Below are positions 9,498 through 19,285 of a DNA stretch of 64,000 bases, piece by piece. Position 1 is the stretch's first letter; each line of letters opens with the position of its first letter. Made by a program: the position numbers and the translations under genes. This DNA is from Candidatus Poribacteria bacterium. Lineage in GTDB: Bacteria > Poribacteria > WGA-4E > WGA-3G. Under the pieces are notes generated by a model, which had not been told where the DNA came from, did no database searches, and was given only the letters and a program-made list of their open reading frames with translations. Where the stretch lies: assembly GCA_965197475.1 (NCBI GenBank), contig CBDANF010000003.1:3584001-3648000 (forward strand). Reading direction: 5' to 3'.

Positions 9498-10133
9498 ATG
9501 TCAGATAAAGAGAAAAAACAGGGCACGAATATTTCGCGTCGGAGTTTCTTGAAGGGCGTAGGGACCGGAACCGTTGCCGCAACTGTAGCACCAGCGATCT
9601 TGGTCGGTGATGCGGAAACGGCGGAAGCGCAAACCGACGGAGCGATCTCCACAGCGAAAATTCAGTTGAATATCAATGAAAAGTCATATCAGATTGAAGT
9701 TGAAGCGCGCACCACGTTGTTGACAGTCTTGCGCGATGGAATTGATACAGGCGGAAACAATGTCGATTTGACTGGGGCAAAACTTATCTGTGACAAGGGT
9801 GAATGCGGCGGATGCACTGTCTTGGTTGATGGAAAATCTGTTTATGCATGTATGATGCTTGCAATGGGCGCGCAAGGGAAACAGATAACAACCGTAGAGG
9901 GCATCGCAAATGGAGATGAATTGCATCCAGTACAAGATGCATTCATCAAACATGATGCAATGATGTGCGGATTTTGCACTCCCGGCTTCATCGTCTCATC
10001 AGTGGCACTCTTGAACGAAAACAAAAAGCCCACGATCACAGAGATTAAGGATGGCTTATCGGGCAATACTTGTCGTTGCGGCACTTACCCGTTTATATTT
10101 GACGCAGTCGAAACCGCTTCAGAGAAGATGTAG
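9498..10133 (+). CDS. Tat-exported (2Fe-2S) subunit of xanthine/aldehyde oxidoreductase (YagT/PaoA-like)
   Basis: SRRSFLKG twin-arginine motif; CDKGECGGC, CGFCTPG, CRCG; RBS aggagg before ATG 9498. Confidence 0.9.
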   Translation: MSDKEKKQGTNISRRSFLKGVGTGTVAATVAPAILVGDAETAEAQTDGAISTAKIQLNINEKSYQIEVEARTTLLTVLRDGIDTGGNNVDLTGAKLICDKGECGGCTVLVDGKSVYACMMLAMGAQGKQITTVEGIANGDELHPVQDAFIKHDAMMCGFCTPGFIVSSVALLNENKKPTITEIKDGLSGNTCRCGTYPFIFDAVETASEKM

Positions 10134-10187
10134 TTTTGGCTAAGTACCCGTCAGTATGAACGCGTTTGTATTGAAAGGAGAAAACAG

Positions 10188-12308
10188 ATGGCATCATGGG
10201 GAGAAGCAAGTCAGTCTCGACTTATTGGCAAACGGATTACCCGTTTGTCCGGTAAAGAAAAAGTTACAGGAAAAGCGAAGTATACCTTTGATATAAATCG
10301 ACCGGGAATGCTTTATGGACGCATTCTGCGATCTGAAGTTGCACATGCAACCGTAAAGGATCTCGATCTAACCCGTGCGGAAGTACTGCCCGGTGTCAAA
10401 GCGGTTATTCCATTAATTGAAGTCGGCAGAAAGCTACGTTATCAAGGACAAGAGATCGCAGCAGTTGCCGCAGAAACCGACGACATCGTTAAAGACGCAC
10501 TACGGTTGATTTATGTTGAATTGGAAGAATTACCCTTCGTTGTTACGGAAGCGGATGCGATGGCAGAAGGTGCACCGCAAATTCGGGATGATTGGAAGGG
10601 AAATCAGAGTAATCCAGGCATTAACGAACAAGGCGACGTGGAAGCTGGTTTTTCTGAAGCTGCTGTTACAGTAGAAGCCACCTATCACGCCCCCGTCCAA
10701 ACACATGTCTGCTTGGAAACACACGGGCACGTTGCTGAATGGACAGATGAACAGAGTCTAACCGTTTGGGCATCCACACAGGCGGTTTTTGGGGTTCGCA
10801 ATGACCTTGCACGTCGCTTTGAACTACCTGCAAACCAAGTCAGAGTCATCACTGAGCACATGGGGGGTGGTTTTGGAAGCAAATTCGGTCCTGGCGTAGA
10901 AGGACACACCGCAGCACAATTGTCTCGCATTACGAACAGACCTGTGAAATTAATGTTGACTCGGAAGGCTGAACACCTCGTAGCGGGTAATAGACCGTCA
11001 ATGACACAGCATGTAAAGGCAGGCGCGACACGCGATGGACGACTTATCGCTTATGATATGCGAGGCTACGGCACAGGTGGTATATCCAGCGGTGCAGGAT
11101 TTCAAGCACCTTATGTTTACCATGTTCCAAATAGACGAACCGAACGTTTTAACGTGGCTACCAATGCTGGTAACCAACGCGCCATGCGTGCACCAGGACA
11201 TCCGCAAGGTGCTTTTGCTATGGATTCATTGATGGATGAACTGGCAGAGAAACTGGGAATGAACCCGCTTGAGTTTCGACGTATTAATGACTCAAGTGAA
11301 GTGCGTCAAGCGCAATATACCCTCGGCGCACAGGAAATCGGATGGCACAGACGCAACAGCGTGCCCGGTTCCGGAACAGGTGTAAAAAAGCGCGGTATGG
11401 GTGTTGGTAGTGGCCAATGGGGCGGTGGCGGCGGTAGAGGCACGCAAGCGCGTGTTACCATTAATTCTGATGGCACCGTCGAAGCGGTCACTGGTACGCA
11501 AGACCTCGGCACTGGTATTCGAACTGCCATTGCTATCATCGTCGCAGAAGAGTTAGGACTCGCACCAACCGATATTTCAGTCAAAATTGGCGATAGTGGT
11601 CCTGGACTACCTTCCGGCGGTAGTGGCGGAAGCCAAACGACTGCCTCTGTCGCACCGGTCATCAAAACCGCAGCTGCAGCAGCGAAACAGAAATTGTTTG
11701 AACACGTCGCGCCCTTACTGCAGGCACCGGTAGATGACTTGCGCGTCGGAACTGGCACTATCTACGTTGCTTCTGACCGGACAAAGACGGTTACTTGGCA
11801 TCAGGCTACAGGTCTACTCGGACAGGAGAGTATTAGTGAAGGCGGAAATTGGGACCAGGAACTCCGACAAAGCAATGTTGCAGGCACTCAGTTTGCTGAA
11901 ATTGAAGTTGATACTGAGACAGGTAATGTCAAAGTCCTTAAGATTGTCGCTGTCCAAGATTGCGGATTGGCAATTAACCGATTAACAACGGAAAGCCAAA
12001 TAAATGGCGGCGTTATAATGGGCTTAGGGCAAGCACTCTTGGAAGAACGGATCATGGATCCGCAAACCGGACGGATGCTCAACGCAAACCTTGAGGATTA
12101 CAAGGTTCCTGGAACCTTTGAGATACCTGAAATCAAGTCAATCGTTTTTGATACGCATCGGAAAGTTACAGGTGTCGGGGAACCGCCTTGTATTCCAACG
12201 CTTGGCGCAATCGCAAATGCTGTTTACAATGCAATTGGTGTCCGAATTCGGGAATTACCGATTACACCGGATAAAGTCCTCACCGCGCTTGCTGAGAAGA
12301 AGGCATAA
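10188..12308 (+). CDS. Molybdopterin-binding subunit, xanthine dehydrogenase family (YagR/PaoC-like)
   Basis: KVTGKAKY, MGGGFGSK, AMRAPG, SGGSQT, SQINGG, GVGE. Confidence 0.93.
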   Translation: MASWGEASQSRLIGKRITRLSGKEKVTGKAKYTFDINRPGMLYGRILRSEVAHATVKDLDLTRAEVLPGVKAVIPLIEVGRKLRYQGQEIAAVAAETDDIVKDALRLIYVELEELPFVVTEADAMAEGAPQIRDDWKGNQSNPGINEQGDVEAGFSEAAVTVEATYHAPVQTHVCLETHGHVAEWTDEQSLTVWASTQAVFGVRNDLARRFELPANQVRVITEHMGGGFGSKFGPGVEGHTAAQLSRITNRPVKLMLTRKAEHLVAGNRPSMTQHVKAGATRDGRLIAYDMRGYGTGGISSGAGFQAPYVYHVPNRRTERFNVATNAGNQRAMRAPGHPQGAFAMDSLMDELAEKLGMNPLEFRRINDSSEVRQAQYTLGAQEIGWHRRNSVPGSGTGVKKRGMGVGSGQWGGGGGRGTQARVTINSDGTVEAVTGTQDLGTGIRTAIAIIVAEELGLAPTDISVKIGDSGPGLPSGGSGGSQTTASVAPVIKTAAAAAKQKLFEHVAPLLQAPVDDLRVGTGTIYVASDRTKTVTWHQATGLLGQESISEGGNWDQELRQSNVAGTQFAEIEVDTETGNVKVLKIVAVQDCGLAINRLTTESQINGGVIMGLGQALLEERIMDPQTGRMLNANLEDYKVPGTFEIPEIKSIVFDTHRKVTGVGEPPCIPTLGAIANAVYNAIGVRIRELPITPDKVLTALAEKKA

Positions 12309-12319
12309 GGAGGTAAACA

Positions 12320-13303
12320 ATGGATAAATTTAGTTACGTCAACGCGACAAGTCTGAAACAGGTTACCTCTCTATTGAGTGATAGCGGATGGGGGGAGGTA
12401 ATGATGATAGCAGGGGGAACCGACCTGCTCGGTGAACTCAAGGAGTACATTGAAACCCCTAAAACACTGATTAATCTCAAGACGTTACCCGGAATGGATA
12501 GTATCAAAGCAGATGCGTCCGGCTTAAAAATCGGGGCATTAACTACTGTCGCTGATATTGCGATGCACCCGGCTATTCGGCAACACTACACCGTGTTGGC
12601 AGAGGCAGCCGGTTCCGTCGCTACACCACAGATTCGGAATGCCGGCACCCTTGGTGGCAATCTCTGTCAACGCCCGCGTTGTTGGTATTACCGAGATGAG
12701 ACCGTCAATTGCCTTAAAAAAGGTGGAGATATCTGTTATGCTGTTGATGGCTTGAGCAAATACCATGCTATCTTCGGCGGGGATCCTGTTTATATTGTGC
12801 ATCCCTCAGACATTGCGCCAGCATTGATCGCACTGAACGCGTCTCTCAAAATTGCAGGCCCAGAAGGTGAGAAAACATTAAAAGTTGAAGAATTCTTTAC
12901 CTTGCCAGCGGCAAATCCGTTTCGGGAAAACGTGCTTGAACCGAATGAAATCGTTGTTGAAGTTCAGGTGCCAAAGCCCAAACCGAATACAAAGAGTTTT
13001 TATCTGAAAGCACGAGAGAAAGGTGCACCCGATTTTGCATTGGCAAGTGTGGCAGGTGTCTTTGAGATGATGGGACAAACCTGTCAAACCGCCAGCATCG
13101 TTCTCGGTGGGGTTGCCTCCGCGCCATGGCGTTCTGCTGAGGCTGAAGTCGTTCTCACTGGTAAGATGATTAACGACTCGGTCAGTATGAAGGCAGGCGC
13201 GGAAGCCGTTAAGGATGCAGAACCTATGAACGACAATGCGTATAAGGTGACCTTAACCCAAAATCTCATTAGTCGTGCCGCAATGATGGCAGTAAGTAAA
13301 TAG
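12320..13303 (+). CDS. FAD-binding subunit with [4Fe-4S] insertion (YagS/PaoB-like)
   Basis: IAGGTDL, QIRNAGTLGGNLCQRPRCWYYR...C.KKGG.C, HPSD. Confidence 0.92.
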   Translation: MDKFSYVNATSLKQVTSLLSDSGWGEVMMIAGGTDLLGELKEYIETPKTLINLKTLPGMDSIKADASGLKIGALTTVADIAMHPAIRQHYTVLAEAAGSVATPQIRNAGTLGGNLCQRPRCWYYRDETVNCLKKGGDICYAVDGLSKYHAIFGGDPVYIVHPSDIAPALIALNASLKIAGPEGEKTLKVEEFFTLPAANPFRENVLEPNEIVVEVQVPKPKPNTKSFYLKAREKGAPDFALASVAGVFEMMGQTCQTASIVLGGVASAPWRSAEAEVVLTGKMINDSVSMKAGAEAVKDAEPMNDNAYKVTLTQNLISRAAMMAVSK

Positions 13304-13307
13304 GAGG

Positions 13308-13553
13308 ATGAACATGTTAGAGGGAAAAACACTTCCAATTTTTAGCCGTCCGATATGCCAGGACCTTCGCACAAAGGCTATTTACATTCCTGGTGGTAAC
13401 TTACAAAATCTTGTTGAAGAGAATCCTGGAACACACTATTGGTGCAATTGCACAATGCAGGTGGTCGGACCTGATGACCAATTTGTGTCGCCTAACGCGT
13501 GCAAGCAGTCGCGTTCCTGTTTCAACCCTGTTGGTGGAAAGCCGGTAGTGTAA
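13308..13553 (+). CDS. Small Cys-rich hypothetical protein in the oxidoreductase operon
   Basis: RBS aggagg right after the FAD-subunit stop; C..LRTK, YWC.CT...GPD, C...R.CF. Confidence 0.7.
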   Translation: MNMLEGKTLPIFSRPICQDLRTKAIYIPGGNLQNLVEENPGTHYWCNCTMQVVGPDDQFVSPNACKQSRSCFNPVGGKPVV

Positions 13554-13629
13554 TCACATAAATATCGTTATCGGTTGTCAGTAATCCTTCTGATAACCGA
13601 TAACGCGTTCCGATTCCCAGAATTACATA

Positions 13630-14085
13630 ATGCTCCTCAAACCTTTGATACAATGGTTGCATGTCGGTTCTGTCGTCTTGATTGTAGGCGGTTTCTTTTT
13701 CTTTCGCGTCGTTCTCATCCCAATTGCTAATCGTCTCTCCGATCAAAACACCCTTATTTCATCTGCTCTCAGACGTTTCAGCGGAATCGTTTGGAGCGCG
13801 CTTTTGACTGTCCTTATATCCGGGTTGTATAACGTTATCGCCTTTTTCAGAACCGCCCGCACGTCCGCTACAGAAGCTGCTGCCTCAGATTACTCCCTCT
13901 ACATACTCGTCTTAGGTATTAAATTTTTTATCGTTTTTCTGATATATACCCTCGCGATTATCTTAACGTTTCCTTATCCTGTTTTTGAGACGGTTCAGAA
14001 AAAACCTTCACCTTGGTTGAACATCCTCATTCTTTTAGCCCTGATAACTATCTTTCTATCCGCCTTTTTACGCCGGATAGGGTAA
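13630..14085 (+). CDS. Four-helix membrane protein, CopD/DUF4149-like
   Basis: QWLHV..V...GG.FF...V..P, L..SG.YN, L..K; four hydrophobic segments. Confidence 0.65.
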   Translation: MLLKPLIQWLHVGSVVLIVGGFFFFRVVLIPIANRLSDQNTLISSALRRFSGIVWSALLTVLISGLYNVIAFFRTARTSATEAAASDYSLYILVLGIKFFIVFLIYTLAIILTFPYPVFETVQKKPSPWLNILILLALITIFLSAFLRRIG

Positions 14086-14118
14086 CATCATCGAAATCTA
14101 AACCTTTCCTACACTGCT

Positions 14119-14856
14119 TCACGCCATCCGAATCCCACCATTGACATCAAGCGTAGCACCGGTGATATACTGCCCTTCCTCCGAAGCGAGGAAAAGAATA
14201 GCATTCGCTATCTCTGAAGGGTCTGCAACACGTCCAAGTGGAATCTGATCGGTCATATCCGGATGATTTTTCGCCATCTCGGTTGCCGCAATCCCCGGTG
14301 CGATAGAGTTGACCGTAATGCCATACTCGCCTAAAACCCTTGCAAACGATTTTGTCAAACACATTACTCCAGCTTTTGAGGCAGAATAAGGCGCAGATGC
14401 AACCAAGCCCCCGACCTGTCCTGCTAACGAACCGAGGTTGATGATACGTCCAAATTTTTGTGCCTTCATCGTCTCCATTACCGCCTGTGAACAGAGAAAA
14501 GGACCTTTAAGGTTGACCGCCATCATCCTATCCCACTCCGCTTCGGTGCATACATCTATGCGGGTATAGCTGAAAATGCCGGCGTTGTTCACTAAAACAT
14601 CAATTCGTTCAAATTCTTCAAGTGTTCTGTTTACCATCGCACACACGGATTCACCATCAGCAACATCCGTTTCAATCACAACACATCGCCTATCAAGTGC
14701 AGCTATCTCTTTTGAAACCGCCTCAGCATTCATCATATTTACTTCAGGAATAACAATATCTGCCCCTTCGCGAGCGAACGCGAGGCATGTTGCTTTTCCA
14801 ATGCCTCCGCCACCGCCTGTAACAATTGCAACGCGTTCATCCAACCGCATCTCCAT
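14119..14856 (-). CDS. SDR oxidoreductase (FabG-like)
   Basis: TGGGGGIG, NNAG, YSASK, VNGG. Confidence 0.92.
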   Translation of the reverse strand: MEMRLDERVAIVTGGGGGIGKATCLAFAREGADIVIPEVNMMNAEAVSKEIAALDRRCVVIETDVADGESVCAMVNRTLEEFERIDVLVNNAGIFSYTRIDVCTEAEWDRMMAVNLKGPFLCSQAVMETMKAQKFGRIINLGSLAGQVGGLVASAPYSASKAGVMCLTKSFARVLGEYGITVNSIAPGIAATEMAKNHPDMTDQIPLGRVADPSEIANAILFLASEEGQYITGATLDVNGGIRMA

Positions 14857-15022
14857 TTCTCCTTTCTCGAATTTACTATAGCGAGTATAGGCTGTTTTAA
14901 TTCATCCAACACTCTTTTTGCTTGAAAATCAATTGTAATTGTTGTAACATGTGAACATTATCACACGTATTTTGGAAAAAGTCAATATGCTCACAATGGA
15001 AAAGGATATGGAGTCTTAAGTT

Positions 15023-16039
15023 ATGAAAACAACCACAATTTGGAATCTGCTGAAGTTATTTTTGGTGTTGGGGATTGTCTGTAACTTCACTTTTACAGCG
15101 ACAGCACAAAATTATTATCCGGCTAATATAGGCAACGAATGGGTTTTAGAGAATACCAACGGCAAGCAAAGACGGACTTATACACTTGAGAGGCCTGAAG
15201 ACGCTGCCGATGCAGAATTTATCCTCTTGAAAATTGAAACTGAGAATATCAACAATAACAAGGTTGTTGACACGGACAAGTACTTTTTGACGACTGACGA
15301 TGAAGGTATCAAGCTCCATAAAACTGCCTTAGAACAACAAACTGTCAATAATAATGTGCTTAACGTGACCGCGAATTTTCCAACACCTGCAACTTTTTTT
15401 CCTAAGGTATTAGCGTTAGGGGATAAGTGGGATATAGTAGCGGATGCAACGATTCTTGAACTTGATATCTCTATAAAAAGCACTACCAATTTAGAGGTTG
15501 TTGGATTTGAAGACGTTGTAACGCCAGCCGGAACATTTCAGAAATGTGCTAAAATTGAGTTGAAAGTATCAGCCACGAATGCGTTTCTAAACTTTGAGAC
15601 AACATCATATCAGTGGTTAGCTCCCGATCTCGGTCCTGTTAAATATCAGACCGACGATGATGATGTATTTGAGATGATTAGTTTCAAATTGTCCGGCCCA
15701 CCTGTTAAACCAGCGCAGAATCGCCCCGTGTGGCAACTGCCGTCTCGTGTGTTTCAAGTCACTGGTTCGCGTCTCGGTGGAATACTCAATGCCAAGATAC
15801 TTGAAAATGTTGAAGATTATGCATCGGAAGTGCACAATTTAGGAATAGTAGCCGTGACTGGAGGCATTGTTCCGCCTGGGGATGGTACTGGTTTTGCAAC
15901 TAACTCACAAAGAAAACAAGATCTATGGGTTGCTGGAATCTTTGGGAATGCCCCTATCATCGGCACAATAACGCTTTTTGCAGAAAATGATAAAGGTAGA
16001 ACTACAGTAACAATTGAAGTAACTATTAATATTAGGTGA
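15023..16039 (+). CDS. Secreted protein, paralog 1 (DUF3108/TapB-like N-terminal beta domain + unknown C-terminal domain)
   Basis: Signal peptide ending ATA-QNYYP; EDVVTPAGTF..C, YQWLAPD.GPVKY. Confidence 0.75.
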   Translation: MKTTTIWNLLKLFLVLGIVCNFTFTATAQNYYPANIGNEWVLENTNGKQRRTYTLERPEDAADAEFILLKIETENINNNKVVDTDKYFLTTDDEGIKLHKTALEQQTVNNNVLNVTANFPTPATFFPKVLALGDKWDIVADATILELDISIKSTTNLEVVGFEDVVTPAGTFQKCAKIELKVSATNAFLNFETTSYQWLAPDLGPVKYQTDDDDVFEMISFKLSGPPVKPAQNRPVWQLPSRVFQVTGSRLGGILNAKILENVEDYASEVHNLGIVAVTGGIVPPGDGTGFATNSQRKQDLWVAGIFGNAPIIGTITLFAENDKGRTTVTIEVTINIR

Positions 16040-16057
16040 CGCTATGTAGTATAAGGA

Positions 16058-16132
16058 TACGTAAATGGCGATGGGAAAGTCACTATCCTTAATTTGATAC
16101 TCATCGCACAAAATTTCAACAATTCATCTTGA
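16058..16132 (+). pseudogene. Orphan dockerin half-repeat, in frame but downstream of the paralog 1 stop
   Basis: YVNGDGKVTILNLILIAQNF closely matches DVNNDGTVNIRDLILVAQNF of paralog 3. Confidence 0.7.
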
Positions 16133-16135
16133 AAG

Positions 16136-16423
16136 GTGTTTAAAAATTTGGTAAAATATAACCACTATCACACATCGTTTGGAAAAGTCAGTATGGCAAT
16201 ATGGAAAGTAGTATTAATTGTCACCGTCACCGCTATTCTGCTTATGGCAATCGGGATGTGGTTAGGATATCGATATATATCGGAACAAGATGATATTCAC
16301 CCGAAAGGACTAAACAACCCTTCTAATCCAGAATCCCTGATCAGACATGCACACCTACCCAACGAAAATTCTGCTGAGGTGATACTCCCTTATTTTTTGC
16401 ATCGCTCAAGTTTATATTCTTAA
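16136..16423 (+). CDS. Small hypothetical membrane-anchored protein
   Basis: One hydrophobic segment; real start uncertain. Confidence 0.4.
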   Translation: MFKNLVKYNHYHTSFGKVSMAIWKVVLIVTVTAILLMAIGMWLGYRYISEQDDIHPKGLNNPSNPESLIRHAHLPNENSAEVILPYFLHRSSLYS

Positions 16424-16437
16424 AAGGAGATTAAATT

Positions 16438-19119
16438 ATGAAAATTACAAATTCTATGTCTTGGTTGAAACCGATCTTAGTATTAAGTCTTATATGTAGT
16501 TTTGTGCTTACCGCCACAGCACAAGATTATTATCCAACAACTATCGGCAACACGTGGGTTTTACTAAGTGAAGATGGTGCTGAACGTCGCACCTATTCTA
16601 TTGAGGAACCTGAAACCGATGAAGATGAAGGGATTATTATCCTGAGAATCCTCACTGAGACTCTGGGGACAGATGTAGTTGATAACGACGTTTATTATAT
16701 ATCTGATGATGCTGGAGATCTAAAGCTTCACCGGACAAAACTGGAAGAAGGGGCATTCGGCATCGCAGCGGCAATACTTGATCCACCTGCGATTTTCTTC
16801 CCTGCGGACTTACCTATAGGACGTACGTGGGAAATCATAACGGAAATAGAACTAAACTTAGTTGGCACAGTAAACACAACAAGTACTATAGAAGTTGTAG
16901 CAGTTGAAGATGTTGAAACCCCCATCGGGACATTTGAAAACTGCGTCAAACTTAAAATTAGCAGAAAAATCGTCACAGCACTTGTAACCCAACGACCGTT
17001 CTATTATCAATGGTTAGGACCTGACGTAGGACCCGTCAAATATGAGAATGATCAGGGAATTGTATATGAATTGGAAAGTTACAACCTAGTAGAACCGACA
17101 GAAGAACCAGTAATAGAAACGCCTGAAATACTCCAGACATCTACTGATATTTTTGTAAACCCTGTTAATATCGAGTCCCCTGCTGTAGGGGAGCAATTCA
17201 CAGTGAGTATTAACATCGGTAATGGCGAAGGTGTCGCAGGGTACCAATTGACCGTGAACTTTGATCCAACAGCACTAAAATACATTTCAAGCGCAAACGG
17301 TGATTATCTACCCGCAGGTGCATCGGTGAATACGGCTGAAGTGACTGAGAATAGCGTCCAACTCGCAGCGACTGCAACCGACGCGGAGTCAGATGGTCAT
17401 GGGACACTTGCTACCGTCACGTTTGAAGTTGTTGAGGTAAAAGCATCTTCTATCAGTCTAACAAACGTTGTCATAACCAATGCCACCGCTGAACCGTTAG
17501 AATTCGTAACAGGGGATGGTGCTGTTTTCGTGCCAATTGATCGGGAACCTATCGTTATATTACCTCCCGGTATACCACCTATTAGCGATCAAGTATTTGA
17601 GATTACCTTGACCAATCTTACCACCGGCGAACCGGGAATGGGTGGGCAAATTTTCTCACACCCAATTTTTGCCGCGCACTTTGCAAGTGATGGTCTTGCC
17701 ACAGTCGGGGAACCAGCGGTTCCGGCACTCGTCGCACTTGCTGAAAATGGAGATGTTTCAGGGTTACTGGAATTTGCAACTGCTGTAGGTGCAGACACTG
17801 CTGTCGCAGATGATGTTGTGATTCCCGGCGGGTCTGTTACCGTTAGGTTAAAGGGTAATGTATTGAACTCTTCACTGACGGTTGCCTCAATGTTAGTGTC
17901 AACAAATGACGGGTTCATCGCCGCAACCGACGTTCCTCTCTTTGATGAAAATGGCATGCCTGTTTCAGCGACGTTAGAGTTGATGGCTTACGATGCAGGT
18001 AGTGAAGAGAACACAGAACTTGCTTCCGATATTCCGGGTCCGCTCGGTTTAGATGCCGATGCAGATCCAGAGGGTAGCAATGCTCGCGTTCCGACAGAAG
18101 GCGGTGTAATTACACCACACCCGGGCATTCAAGGCGTTGGAGATGTGAGTGAAGCATTTGCTTGGAAAGAACCGACAGCAATGCTAACGATTACACCTGT
18201 TACTGAATCTAGCTTTGATATTGCCCTTGAGTCAGGATTAAACATGATCTCAATTCCACTGATGCCAGCAGAACCCTACACAGCAAAATCCCTTGCCGCA
18301 ATGTTAGGTTCAACGGTTGTCATCAAATTAGATGCCGCAAAACAGAGTTTTGTCGGTTATTCCGCTGCTGAGGAGGGAGACGGTTTCGACATTGATGGTA
18401 GTAGCGGTTATATTGTGAATACCCTCGCTGGTGGCGTTGTTACATTTTCAGGTACGGCGTGGCAAAAGCAATCCGATGACGCAGCTGCTGCACCTAAAAT
18501 CTCTACAGTTAAGAGCGCATGGGCGTTTGTCGTTACAAGTGATTTACAAGACAAGGAGACCGATGCATCTTACACCATGGTTGCCAAAAACCTCCGAACA
18601 GATGTTGTCACTACCGAGAAAGTTACCAGCGACAAAGGACACGTTTCTGCTGTGTGGGCAGACTTGAATCGTAAGAGCGTCGTTAAAGTTGGCGATAAGG
18701 TTGAGATTGCACTTCTTGACGAACGTGGTACTATTGTGTCCGGTCCATTCCAACGCACAGTCCAAACTACGGATATTCATAACGCATATCTGAGTGTGCA
18801 GATGCAAGTTGGCGATGTGCGTCCCAAGGAAACGATTCTGGGTCAGAACTTCCCGAATCCGTTCAATCCAGAGACCTGGATACCTTATCAACTGAGTCGA
18901 GATTTCAACGTAACGATTCAGATTTATAATGTTTCCGGCAGTTTAATTCGGACGCTAAACTTGGGTCATAAGTCAATAGGTTCGTACATAACAAGTTCTA
19001 CTGCGGCTTATTGGGATGGTAAGAATAACGCGGGTGAACATGTTTCAAGCGGTATCTATTTCTATACCCTCCAAACAAAGAACTTATCTGCCACCCGTCG
19101 AATGGTTATCCTAAAGTAG
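16438..19119 (+). CDS. Secreted multidomain protein, paralog 2: TapB-like + cohesin + spondin_N + T9SS-A/FlgD-Ig-like C-terminal domain
   Basis: QDYYP..GNTW; VGEQFTVSINI..VAGYQLTVNFDPTAL (cohesin); LAENGD, SMLVSTNDGF, AYDAGSE (spondin); QNFPNPFNPETW...WDGKN..G..SGIYFY. Confidence 0.85.
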   Translation: MKITNSMSWLKPILVLSLICSFVLTATAQDYYPTTIGNTWVLLSEDGAERRTYSIEEPETDEDEGIIILRILTETLGTDVVDNDVYYISDDAGDLKLHRTKLEEGAFGIAAAILDPPAIFFPADLPIGRTWEIITEIELNLVGTVNTTSTIEVVAVEDVETPIGTFENCVKLKISRKIVTALVTQRPFYYQWLGPDVGPVKYENDQGIVYELESYNLVEPTEEPVIETPEILQTSTDIFVNPVNIESPAVGEQFTVSINIGNGEGVAGYQLTVNFDPTALKYISSANGDYLPAGASVNTAEVTENSVQLAATATDAESDGHGTLATVTFEVVEVKASSISLTNVVITNATAEPLEFVTGDGAVFVPIDREPIVILPPGIPPISDQVFEITLTNLTTGEPGMGGQIFSHPIFAAHFASDGLATVGEPAVPALVALAENGDVSGLLEFATAVGADTAVADDVVIPGGSVTVRLKGNVLNSSLTVASMLVSTNDGFIAATDVPLFDENGMPVSATLELMAYDAGSEENTELASDIPGPLGLDADADPEGSNARVPTEGGVITPHPGIQGVGDVSEAFAWKEPTAMLTITPVTESSFDIALESGLNMISIPLMPAEPYTAKSLAAMLGSTVVIKLDAAKQSFVGYSAAEEGDGFDIDGSSGYIVNTLAGGVVTFSGTAWQKQSDDAAAAPKISTVKSAWAFVVTSDLQDKETDASYTMVAKNLRTDVVTTEKVTSDKGHVSAVWADLNRKSVVKVGDKVEIALLDERGTIVSGPFQRTVQTTDIHNAYLSVQMQVGDVRPKETILGQNFPNPFNPETWIPYQLSRDFNVTIQIYNVSGSLIRTLNLGHKSIGSYITSSTAAYWDGKNNAGEHVSSGIYFYTLQTKNLSATRRMVILK

Positions 19120-19285
19120 GTATAGCCGAAAAATTGTTTTAGTGAAATGCCTTGATTTCACAAGCAGTCCGGTTACTTTACAGATTACGCTGCGATAGTT
19201 GAATCGAGGCGTTTTCCTTTTTATACAGCACCACTCTCGGTATATACGAGACAATTCAAGACAAATTTTATGCAAGGAGGATTGA

